Source: a virus (taxonomy: Duplodnaviria > Caudoviricetes). From it: a stretch of DNA of 64,000 nucleotides. A program made the position numbers and the translations under genes. The stretch covers positions 79,101-143,100 of IMG/VR virus record IMGVR_UViG_3300026549_000041, one strand, 5' to 3'. The notes beneath the pieces are model-generated. The model had not been told where the DNA came from, searched no databases, and was given only the letters and a program-made list of their open reading frames with translations. How positions within the stretch are numbered: position 1 is the stretch's first letter; each line of letters opens with the position of its first letter. Shown here piece by piece: positions 1 through 8,863 of the stretch.

Positions 1-1
1 A

Positions 2-178
2 GAAGCATTATTTGTAACTGATTTTGATTTTAATCTTATTGATATTGATTTCACTCAGATTGAACAGGTAGAAGCAAAAATTCAAGAACATTCTGTATTA
101 GCAAGCAGAGTAGAAGATGCACCAGTTGAAGAGGATGATGATGAACCAGTACAAACAAAAGCAACATTTGATTGGTAA
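2..178 (+). CDS. C-terminal fragment of upstream gene, probably a replicative helicase (partial)
   Basis: Open frame EALFVTDFDFNLIDIDF...ATFDW* running into the window. Helicase identity is inferred only from its position before the primase. Confidence 0.45.
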   Translation, partial: EALFVTDFDFNLIDIDFTQIEQVEAKIQEHSVLASRVEDAPVEEDDDEPVQTKATFDW

Positions 179-190
179 GGGGGTTAAAGA

Positions 191-1318
191 ATGCCATATT
201 TAGATAAGGATGCAATTCTCAATTCACTTACTAAAGAAGATATAATTAAAATTTGTACTGAGATGGGAAGTCCTGAGTATAAAGAGGATTCTCAGGGGAA
301 TTTACTTTTTTCGACAGCAATTTGTCATGGTGGTGATAGTCCTCATAAACTAATCTATTATACTAATTCTCACCTGTTCCATTGCTACACCTGTTCAGAT
401 AGTTATGGAATAATTGAATTGGTTATTCGAGCATCAAGATTGAAAGGTCATAATCTTACATGGTTTAAGGCACTTGCTAAGATAGCGCAGATAACTGGTA
501 AATCATATGAAGGAACTCCAGAAGAACCTACAAAAACTATTACAGATTTTGAATGGATTAATAGATTAAATTCAATTAAAAAGAATACTAAAAATGTTCC
601 TAATCTGACAGAGATTAATGAGAATATATTAGAGATATTTTGGTATGTCCCTTATCAGGGATGGTTGGATGAACATATAAGTCGGGAAGCTTTATCAAGA
701 TTTGAGATTGGTTACTATGGATTAACAAATCAGATTACCATTCCTCATAGAGATATGAATGGAAGATTAATTGGAATCAGAGGAAGATATTTAAGCGATT
801 ATGATGCGCAAGTTTTTGGCAAATATGTTCCTTTATATATAAATGGAGAATTTTTAAGTCATCAATTAGGAAGTAATCTATATGGTTTGCATGTAGTTAA
901 AGATAAAATAAAACAATGTAAAAAGATTATGCTCGTAGAAGCAGAAAAATCTGTGTTACAAGCTTATTCTTATTTTAGAGATGATAGCTTTGTAGTTGGA
1001 TTATGTGGATTTAATATCACTTTTACTCAAATTAAGATTATACTTAAAGAATTAAAAGTGGAAGAAGTAATAGTTGGATTTGACAGAGATTATGAAGAAG
1101 CAGATTCATTTGAAGCTACAGCATATTATCAAAAGATAATTAAAAAAGTAGCTCCTTTAGTACCTTACTGTAGGGTTTATCTTGTATTAGATAAAAAAGA
1201 TAGACTTGGATATAAGGATTCTCCTACAGATAAGGGGAAAGATACTTTAATAGAACTAATGAAAGAAAAAATATTAATAACTATGAAAGATGTAAATGAG
1301 GCTTTAGGTAAGACATAA
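191..1318 (+). CDS. DNA primase (DnaG-like, Zn-binding + TOPRIM)
   Basis: CHGG...FHCYTC zinc motif, IPHRD..GRLIGIRGR, LYGL, VEAEKSV and VGFDRD TOPRIM motifs. Confidence 0.88.
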   Translation: MPYLDKDAILNSLTKEDIIKICTEMGSPEYKEDSQGNLLFSTAICHGGDSPHKLIYYTNSHLFHCYTCSDSYGIIELVIRASRLKGHNLTWFKALAKIAQITGKSYEGTPEEPTKTITDFEWINRLNSIKKNTKNVPNLTEINENILEIFWYVPYQGWLDEHISREALSRFEIGYYGLTNQITIPHRDMNGRLIGIRGRYLSDYDAQVFGKYVPLYINGEFLSHQLGSNLYGLHVVKDKIKQCKKIMLVEAEKSVLQAYSYFRDDSFVVGLCGFNITFTQIKIILKELKVEEVIVGFDRDYEEADSFEATAYYQKIIKKVAPLVPYCRVYLVLDKKDRLGYKDSPTDKGKDTLIELMKEKILITMKDVNEALGKT

Positions 1319-1365
1319 GCGATATTACAAATAGAGATTTATTATTAGATTTAGGATATGATGAT

Positions 1366-1590
1366 GTGATTATATTTGATAATCCATCATATGAAGGAGC
1401 ATTAATTGGAGTTACTTGGGACAACCAAGCAGTATATGATTATGATTTAATGATTAAATCATTAATGAAAGAAGATAATATGACAGAAGAAGAAGCCGCT
1501 GATTTTATTAGTTATAATGCTTCTTATCGTCAAGGACATGAATATCCAATTATTATGGATAGTATTAAAAAATGGAGGGATTATGATTAA
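1366..1590 (+). CDS. hypothetical phage protein
   Basis: ORF in operon; AVYDY..MI..LM...MTEEEA.DFISYN pattern. Confidence 0.6.
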   Translation: MIIFDNPSYEGALIGVTWDNQAVYDYDLMIKSLMKEDNMTEEEAADFISYNASYRQGHEYPIIMDSIKKWRDYD

Positions 1591-1592
1591 AT

Positions 1593-2618
1593 ATGTATAA
1601 CAATATAATAGAAGCAGAATATTTAAAAGATTATGTCCGTTCTGTAACTGAAGAGGATAGAAACAAATTACCGACTTATTCACATTCAAAATTAGAGGTG
1701 TATGAGAATTGTCCGTACAGATATTCATTACAATATGAACAGGGCAAGAGATCAAATGAGACTACATTGGCTTTAGAGCTTGGCACTCTAGCACATAAGG
1801 TGTACGAAAACGCCAGTCAAATGTGGAAAGAAGGAATAGTTAATTATGAAGATTTAAAATTTTTACTTGAGTATGGTGATACTGATAAAAAAATCTCTGG
1901 TATTAAAGATTTAAGTAAAAAATATTTTGAAGAATGGTATGAACCAGATTCAGAAGGACATACATATGGTTGGAAAATGGGACAATTTGACAAAGGGTTG
2001 CATGGATATATAAATAGTTTTAATTATAATGAATGGATTCCTTTTAAAGAAGAATATGATTTTGAATTTGTTTTTAATAATAGAGCTATTATTCATGGGT
2101 TCATTGATGCTATTTTAATTAATACTGAAGGTGATATGAAGACAGTTGATTTTAAAACATCCAAAAAAATCTTCCCGAGTAATAAGATTCCAACTAGTCA
2201 ACAGTTTAGTATTTATTGTATGGGTATGTTAAATAATTTTGGTAAATTACCTGTTCAATGTGATTATAAATTTATTTTGTTAAACCAAGAACAGAATGCA
2301 CTGACTTCTGGGTTTGGTAAGAGGATTGTCAAGAAATTAAATATGGTATTAGATAATATTGATAAGAATGGTGAGAGTGGAGTTTATATACCTAGTCCTA
2401 CGCCTCTTTGTTGGTACTGCCCATATAATAAAAATAATCCTAAAAACAAAGATTTTAAAAATGAATGTGAATATTATAGCTTGTGGAGTCCCCATGAGAA
2501 AAGGTGGGACATTAATAAGCGTTTCAATGTACTTGACTTGACAAATAACAAAGATGTAAATAAAATAGAAGATAGTAATTATAGTAATGATAAGAAACAG
2601 AGAAAGTTGATTTTTTAA
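1593..2618 (+). CDS. PD-(D/E)XK RecB/Cas4-like exonuclease with Fe-S staple cysteines
   Basis: YSHSKL..YENCPYRY, GTLAHKVYE, GFIDAI...VDFKTS, C-terminal CWYCPY...C. Confidence 0.8.
   Translation: MYNNIIEAEYLKDYVRSVTEEDRNKLPTYSHSKLEVYENCPYRYSLQYEQGKRSNETTLALELGTLAHKVYENASQMWKEGIVNYEDLKFLLEYGDTDKKISGIKDLSKKYFEEWYEPDSEGHTYGWKMGQFDKGLHGYINSFNYNEWIPFKEEYDFEFVFNNRAIIHGFIDAILINTEGDMKTVDFKTSKKIFPSNKIPTSQQFSIYCMGMLNNFGKLPVQCDYKFILLNQEQNALTSGFGKRIVKKLNMVLDNIDKNGESGVYIPSPTPLCWYCPYNKNNPKNKDFKNECEYYSLWSPHEKRWDINKRFNVLDLTNNKDVNKIEDSNYSNDKKQRKLIF
2538..2566 (+). promoter_or_regulatory. sigma-A/70-type promoter upstream of dnaE
   Basis: TTGACA-17 nt-TAAAAT inside the 3' end of the nuclease gene. Confidence 0.5.
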
Positions 2619-2632
2619 AAGTGAGGTAATAG

Positions 2633-2800
2633 ATGTTGGAAATTTTAGGAGAAGAGTGTGAACTGTTAAAGATTTGCAATTGTAAAACAGCGGCGTGTCG
2701 AGTTAGTCCACCAGATGAAGGGTGCTATTATTATAGATATTTTAAAAAAATAATTGAAAGAGTTGAAGAAATAAAAAATAAAGAAGGTAATGATACATGA
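2633..2800 (+). CDS. small Cys-rich protein (55 aa), not in ORF track
   Basis: GAGGT RBS, MLEILGEECELLKICNCKTAACRV...; stop overlaps the dnaE start (ATGA). Confidence 0.6.
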   Translation: MLEILGEECELLKICNCKTAACRVSPPDEGCYYYRYFKKIIERVEEIKNKEGNDT

Positions 2801-4127
2801 GTTATTATAGTCTGCATTGTCATACGGAATACTCAAACATCCGTTTTCTCGACAGCACAAATAAACTAAAAGATTTAATTGACACAGCCATTTCTCTCAA
2901 AATGAAAGGAGTGGCTGTATCAGACCACGAAGCTCTTTGTGGATGGATTAAAGCAATTCAAATTCAGAAGAAACTTAAAGAACAAGGTTCTGATTTTCGA
3001 ATATTTCTTGGAGATGAAATTTATTTAGTTGATTCAATTGAAGATGTAAGAGACAACTATATTCCTAGACAAACAAAATTTTATCATTTTATTTTAATTG
3101 CCAAAGACGAAATTGGTGGTAAACAGATTCGTCAAATTAGTTCTAAAGCATGGGAAAATAGCTTTTATACTGGAAAAATGTGTAGAACTCCTATTGCGAA
3201 ACATCAATTAGAAAGCATTATTGGAGATGAAAAAGGACATATAATCGCACAGAGTGCATGTATCGGATCAGAGTTAGCACATTGGATACTTCAGGATAAT
3301 CCTATTAAGTGTTTAGAATTTATTGATTGGTGTCAGGATATCTTTTTGCCTGAAAATTTTTATTTAGAAATGCAACCTAACGATTGTGATGAACAGGTTA
3401 GAGTAAATCAGGTAATAATTAAAATAAGTGAACAATTAGATATTCCTTACATTATAACAACTGATGCTCATTATTTGTCTGCTGACCAAAGAGATGTTCA
3501 TACTGCTTATTTAAATAGTAGAGAAGAAGATAGTCGTGAGACTGGAGAATTCTATAGAACATGTTATCTTATGGATGCAGAAGAAATTCATCAATGGATG
3601 GATAAACAAATTGGTGCAGATAAAGTTGATATCGCTTTAGATAATACTTGTAAGATTGCTGATAAGATTGAATTTTTTGATTTGAATCATACTCAAATTG
3701 TGCCTAAAGTGCCTATTCCCGAATTTGAAATGAAACATTTTTTTTCAGAAGTTTATGATGAATGCGAGTATATAAAAAAATTTGCTTATTCAGATGATAT
3801 TCATGATAGGTATTTTTTATATTTAATTGAAAAAGGATGGTTGGAAAAAGAGTATAACGAAGATTTATCTAAAGAAGAAATAAACAAAATGCTGCATCGT
3901 ATTGATGTAGAATTAAAAGCTGTATGGTTATCTAGTGAAAATATACATGATAAAATTTCAAATTATTATATTACCGCATTATTTATTGAACAAAAAATAA
4001 TGTGGGAAGATGCAGAATCTTTGGTAGGTGTATCTAGAGGTTCAATTGCATCCTTTTATACAGCTTATTTGATAGGTCTTCAGCAGATAAATTCTTACAA
4101 ACAAAACATTCCATATTGGAGACACCT
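2797..4127 (+). CDS. dnaE: DNA polymerase III alpha (family C), exon 1 (PHP domain to ...IPYWRH-L)
   Basis: LHCHTEYS, SDHE, TTDAHYL and SRGS motifs. Frame stops right after WRH; exon ends in U (CAC CT|). Confidence 0.9.
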
Positions 4128-5255
4128 TAAATAATAATATTTCCTAAGTTTACTTGCCTTATAGAATGAGGTGAGTATGTTGAATGAAATAGATTTGAAA
4201 ATGATTACCATGAAGGAACTTGGGTTTAGTAGTGCAGAAATTGCGCAAATGTTTGGACGAAGTAAAAGTTCTGTCATTTGTGATGTACGTAATCAAACTG
4301 AACAAAAGATTGATAAAAGAATTTGGACAGTTGACGATTTGTTCTTTCATAATATTGATTCTGAAGCTAAAGCTTATATATTAGGTTTTATAATGGCTGA
4401 TGGGTGTATATATGATAAAAGATTAGAAATAACATTACAAGAGTCTGATAAATATATAGTGCAATTTTTCTTAAATGCGATGCATAGTAATAATCCATTG
4501 AGAAAAAATATTATTGAAGATAAAATATATTATAGTTTTGCGATACAAAGCGAACAGGTAATTGTAGATTTATATAAATTAAATGTTACAGAAAAAAAAT
4601 CTTTAACATTAAATCCTCCTCCAGATTATCTAATTCCTGATAATTTATACCATCATTTAGTAAGAGGATTTTTTGATGGCAATGGGAGTATATGGTTTGA
4701 TAAATCTGTTAACAATTATAAAATGAATATAGTATCTACAAAACAAGTATTAGAACATTTCAGAGATAAAATGGGATGGAGTCATAATACAATCAGACTA
4801 GCAAATAAAAAAGATGTACCTGTATATAGAATGGATTATAGTGGGAATAATTTGGTTGCAAAATATTTAAATCAGCTTTATGATGATGCATCTATTTATT
4901 TAAACCGAAAATATATTAAATATATAGATTGTAAAAATAGAAGTGGTAAGTAAATAAGGAAATATTATTAAGGGCTGTGCTTTGGTAACAAAGTATTGCG
5001 TAACTGGTGAACTTTTATCTAAAAGGTGTATATTCAACGCAATCAGTAAATACAGGAAATGGTATTGAATGAATATGCTAACAGGGGAAGTCTAAGTTTG
5101 AAAAAATACGATAATCCTGTGCCAAGCTTGTTTTATAACAAGAAGGTCAAACGACTATTATGTAGGGTGGAGATAGATACCATTCGAAGCGCCAGTTCTC
5201 CTTATATAAGGAGTGAGATATAGTCTAGCCTTTATAGAAATATAAAGTATAAGCG
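4128..5255 (+). mobile_element. group I intron dnaE-I1 (1128 nt) with LAGLIDADG ORF
   Basis: U|TAA 5' junction and terminal G; core elements ACGACTAT (~5151) and GATATAGTC (~5217). Splicing gives CT|A = Leu and restores WRHLHESRPEMP. Confidence 0.85.
4171..4953 (+). CDS. intron-encoded double-motif LAGLIDADG homing endonuclease with N-terminal HTH
   Basis: YILGFIMADGCI and LVRGFFDGNGSI motifs; ORF bracketed by an imperfect inverted repeat (4132-4158 / 4945-4970). Confidence 0.85.
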   Translation: MSMLNEIDLKMITMKELGFSSAEIAQMFGRSKSSVICDVRNQTEQKIDKRIWTVDDLFFHNIDSEAKAYILGFIMADGCIYDKRLEITLQESDKYIVQFFLNAMHSNNPLRKNIIEDKIYYSFAIQSEQVIVDLYKLNVTEKKSLTLNPPPDYLIPDNLYHHLVRGFFDGNGSIWFDKSVNNYKMNIVSTKQVLEHFRDKMGWSHNTIRLANKKDVPVYRMDYSGNNLVAKYLNQLYDDASIYLNRKYIKYIDCKNRSGK

Positions 5256-5280
5256 ACATGAAAGTAGACCAGAAATGCCT
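5256..5280 (+). CDS. dnaE: dnaE exon 2 (25-nt micro-exon, (L)HESRPEMP)
   Basis: A CAT GAA AGT AGA CCA GAA ATG CCT supplies the conserved R..MP segment preceding the catalytic DxD. Confidence 0.85.
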
Positions 5281-6309
5281 AAGTAACATTGGGCTTTGGT
5301 GATGAACCGTGCCAACGGGTGTACAGTTTTAAATTGTGCTAACGGTATCAGTTAAATAAGCAAAGATGAATACGCTGACTAAGAGAGCCTACGGTCTTTC
5401 GTAAGATAGCAGGTAATACCGTGCGAAATAATTATCTGCTCTATAATTTCTAAAAAGGAGGAAATTATATGAATGGAGATTATAGAGTAATTGAATTAAC
5501 TAATAATATCAATAATAAAAAATATATTTTAATTACACAATCAGACCTTAAAGATGAATATTTTAAAGATGAAATACTAAAAAGATTAATTACTATTGCC
5601 CTTCCAGAAAATGTATCAGAAGAAGTATTGATATCTGGTACTAAAGAAGAATGTTATCAATATTATAATCAGTATAGAAGTGATAATAGAGTTATATATA
5701 ATCCTGAATATTACAATATTCCAGAATCACAATCTGAAATTGAAGATTATCAATTATATATTGATAAAATAAATAAAGAAAATTATAAACAATGGAGGCG
5801 TAATAATAATTATAAATATCAGACAGAACTTTTTAAACAACGACAAAGTGTGTATTCTAAAGGTGAAAACAATCCAATGTATGGTAAAAAGCATTCTGAA
5901 GAATCAAAAAAGAAAATGTCTGAAAATCGTAAAGGTCTTACTTGTGGAGAAAAGAATGGTAATTATGGTAATACAGGAGAAAAAGCAAAAAATGGAAAAC
6001 CTGTTTATCAATATGAAGATTCTGATATGACCAAATTAATTCATAGATTTAATACTATGGAGCTTGCTTTAGAGTATTTAGGATTAAAAGGTCATTCAGG
6101 AATAATAAAAGCAATTAAAAATAAAGAATTATATAAAGGATATTATTGGAGCAGATAAGGAAACGTGTAACGACTATTCCGTAAGGAAGTACAATCAGAG
6201 ATAGGCACTGATTGGAAGTGTCACCACTAGCACCATTAGTGCTAGGAGAGATAGTCTAGACCCGCTGTTAAATCAGCGTTAAAGTACCAAGAAATTGGGG
6301 GTGTGACAG
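5281..6309 (+). mobile_element. group I intron dnaE-I2 (1029 nt) with GIY-YIG-like/NUMOD ORF
   Basis: CCU| paired by IGS GGGC; AACATT pairs with exon-3 GATGTT (P10); ACGACTAT (~6170) and GATAGTC (~6250) P7 elements; terminal G. Splicing gives EMP|DVDID. Confidence 0.85.
5469..6158 (+). CDS. intron-encoded degenerate GIY-YIG-like protein with NUMOD3 and NUMOD1-like DNA-binding repeats
   Basis: YRVIELTNNINNKKYILIT N-terminus, GENNPMYGKKHSEESKKKMSE (NUMOD3), KPVYQY...YKGYYW C-terminus; AAGGAGG RBS. Confidence 0.7.
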   Translation: MNGDYRVIELTNNINNKKYILITQSDLKDEYFKDEILKRLITIALPENVSEEVLISGTKEECYQYYNQYRSDNRVIYNPEYYNIPESQSEIEDYQLYIDKINKENYKQWRRNNNYKYQTELFKQRQSVYSKGENNPMYGKKHSEESKKKMSENRKGLTCGEKNGNYGNTGEKAKNGKPVYQYEDSDMTKLIHRFNTMELALEYLGLKGHSGIIKAIKNKELYKGYYWSR

Positions 6310-8862
6310 GATGTTGATATTGATTCAGAAAAATCTAAAAGACAAGCTATCATTGAAGCAACAAGAAAGAATTTTGGTGAGGACAAGGTTCTAAATATTT
6401 GTGCATTTAGAACAGAGGGAGCAAAATCAGCTATTTTAACTAGCGCTAGAGGATTGGGAGTTAGTAATGATGAAGCCCAATATATTGCTAGTTTAATTCC
6501 TTCTGTACGTGGAAAATTAACACCGCTTTCTGTAATGGTATATGGAGATGAAGATAATAAACCAAATATAGAATTTATTAATGAATGTAAGAAATATAAT
6601 AGATTGATTGAAACGGCATTAAGTATTGAAGGAATGGTTTGTGGAAGAACAATTCATGCATCGGGAGTTATCATTTTTGAAAATCCCTATTATGAATTAA
6701 ATTGTATGATGAAAGCCACTAACGGACAGCCAACAACCCAATGGGACATGGATGATTCAACATATGCTGGTGGATTAAAATATGATTATTTAACAATAAA
6801 TAATCTTGATGCTATGCACCAATGTATGAATTTGTTAGTTGAATATGGTTATATTGATTGGCAAGGTTCATTATTAAAAACTTATAATAAATATTTTCAT
6901 CCAGATGTATTAGATTATTCTTCTGAAAAAATGTGGAAAATGGCTGAAAATCATGAGATAGTAAATCTTTTCCAATTTATGACTGACGTTGGTGCTCAAG
7001 CTGTAAAAAAAATCAAACCACGTTCACTTACAGAACTTGGTGTTGCTAATGCAGTTATGCGTCTTATGAGCGGAGAATCTGGTGGGGAACAGCCTCTTGA
7101 TATATATGTTAAATATAAAAATAATATTCAAGAATGGTATGATGTAATGGATAAATACCATCTGACCTCAGAAGAAAAAGATATAATAAAAAAATATCTT
7201 GAACATGCTTCTGGTATGTCTACTATGCAAGAAGATGTTATGAATCTTTCAATGGATAAAAATATTTCTAACTATTCGATGAAAGAAGCGAATGTTCTTA
7301 GAAAACTAATTGCAAAAAAGAAAGTTGCTCTTCATAAACAGGCAGAAGAAAACTTTTATAAAAAGGGTTTAGAAAATGGAACATCTCAAAATATGTTGGA
7401 TTATGTATGGAAAGAGTGTGTTAAACCTCAGTTGCAATATTCATTTTCTCTCCCTCATATCCTTGGATATTCAACAATTGCTGTTCAAGAAATGAATATG
7501 GCATATAAATATCCTATTATTTATTGGAATTGTGCCAATCTTATTGTTGATAGTATGTCTGACGAAGAGCTTGATGGCAGCACGAATTACGGTAAAGTAG
7601 GTATTGCAATTAATAATATGATCCAATCTGGTATTAATGTAACCCCTCCTTTAATTAATGAAGCTAAGTTTGGATTTACTCCAGATGAAAAAAATAATCG
7701 TATTATCTTTGCATTAAAAGCTATGAATGGTATTGGAGATGACATCGCTCAATCAATTATTCAAAATCGTCCTTTTAAATCTATGGAAGATTTTGCTACA
7801 AGAATGATTGATACAAAGATTATTAAAAACTCACAAATGGTTAAGCTGATAAAAGGTGGTTGCTTTACTGAGATTGATTCTGAAGATAAAACAGAAACCA
7901 TGAAGTGGTATTTGTCTAAGTATTGCATTAATCCTGTTGCTAGTTTGACGCTATCTCAATTTAATAAAATTGTAGAGCATAACCTGATACCAGAAGAGTT
8001 AAATCTTGCAGTTAAAATGGTTAATTTTAAAAAATATGTTCTCGATGATGAAGGATTATACGAAAAATGGATTGACCCGACTAAACCTAAAATTCCAAAA
8101 AAAGGTTATCATGATGGACATTATATTTTAGATGAACCTTCTCAAGAATTTTTTAAAGAACATTTTACTGAAGATAGTATTGTAGATGTAGTTGGTGGAT
8201 TTTATGTGTTATCTGAAAAGAAATTCATTAAAGAAATTGATAAGAAGATAGAACCGTTAAAAGAATGGTTTAATTCAGATGATGCTATTAATAAATATAA
8301 TCAAGCTTTATTTGACGAGGCGTGGAATAAACATGCAAATGGTACAACTGATGCTTGGTCTATGGAATCTTTAACATACTATGATAAAGACCATGAATTA
8401 AAAAATACTCCTGAAGAAATATATGGTATTGTTAATTTCTTTGAACTTCCAGAAGAACCGATTGCATATGAATTTTATACAAGATATGTGGATGGTAAAC
8501 CAAAAGCAGTACCTAAATATACTATTTTTCGTATTGCAGGAACGGTTGTTCAAGCTGATAATAATCATCATTCTGTTGCATTATTAACTACACATGGACT
8601 TGTAAATATTAAATTTAGTAAAGGTCATTATGCTTTTTATAATAAAACAATTTCAGAAATTGGTGAAGATGGTAAAAAGAAGACAATTGAAGGTAGTTGG
8701 TTAAAACGTGGAAATAAATTATTAGTAAGTGGTTATAGAAGAGGAGAACAATTTATTCCTTGGATATACAATGACACAATTTATAAGCATCGAATTAATT
8801 TGATTGAAAAAATAAACGAAGACGGAACATTAGAATTAAAAGCTGAAAGAGCAAAGGTATAA
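6310..8862 (+). CDS. dnaE: DNA polymerase III alpha exon 3 (DVDID catalytic motif to C-terminus); spliced product 1302 aa
   Basis: In frame with ORF 6454..8862; HASGVII, KYDYL, LFQF, YSFSLPH and GIG (HhH) motifs. Confidence 0.9.
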   Translation, partial: DVDIDSEKSKRQAIIEATRKNFGEDKVLNICAFRTEGAKSAILTSARGLGVSNDEAQYIASLIPSVRGKLTPLSVMVYGDEDNKPNIEFINECKKYNRLIETALSIEGMVCGRTIHASGVIIFENPYYELNCMMKATNGQPTTQWDMDDSTYAGGLKYDYLTINNLDAMHQCMNLLVEYGYIDWQGSLLKTYNKYFHPDVLDYSSEKMWKMAENHEIVNLFQFMTDVGAQAVKKIKPRSLTELGVANAVMRLMSGESGGEQPLDIYVKYKNNIQEWYDVMDKYHLTSEEKDIIKKYLEHASGMSTMQEDVMNLSMDKNISNYSMKEANVLRKLIAKKKVALHKQAEENFYKKGLENGTSQNMLDYVWKECVKPQLQYSFSLPHILGYSTIAVQEMNMAYKYPIIYWNCANLIVDSMSDEELDGSTNYGKVGIAINNMIQSGINVTPPLINEAKFGFTPDEKNNRIIFALKAMNGIGDDIAQSIIQNRPFKSMEDFATRMIDTKIIKNSQMVKLIKGGCFTEIDSEDKTETMKWYLSKYCINPVASLTLSQFNKIVEHNLIPEELNLAVKMVNFKKYVLDDEGLYEKWIDPTKPKIPKKGYHDGHYILDEPSQEFFKEHFTEDSIVDVVGGFYVLSEKKFIKEIDKKIEPLKEWFNSDDAINKYNQALFDEAWNKHANGTTDAWSMESLTYYDKDHELKNTPEEIYGIVNFFELPEEPIAYEFYTRYVDGKPKAVPKYTIFRIAGTVVQADNNHHSVALLTTHGLVNIKFSKGHYAFYNKTISEIGEDGKKKTIEGSWLKRGNKLLVSGYRRGEQFIPWIYNDTIYKHRINLIEKINEDGTLELKAERAKV

Positions 8863-8863
8863 A

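Noticed and set aside
1593-2618. CRISPR-Cas system (Cas4-like gene)
   Set aside because: No repeat-spacer array or other cas genes seen; the context is phage replication/recombination.
2797-8862. dnaE, dut and TMP as pseudogenes, frameshifts or stop-codon recoding
   Set aside because: Every break coincides with group I intron boundaries, and ordinary genes read through normally in the standard code.
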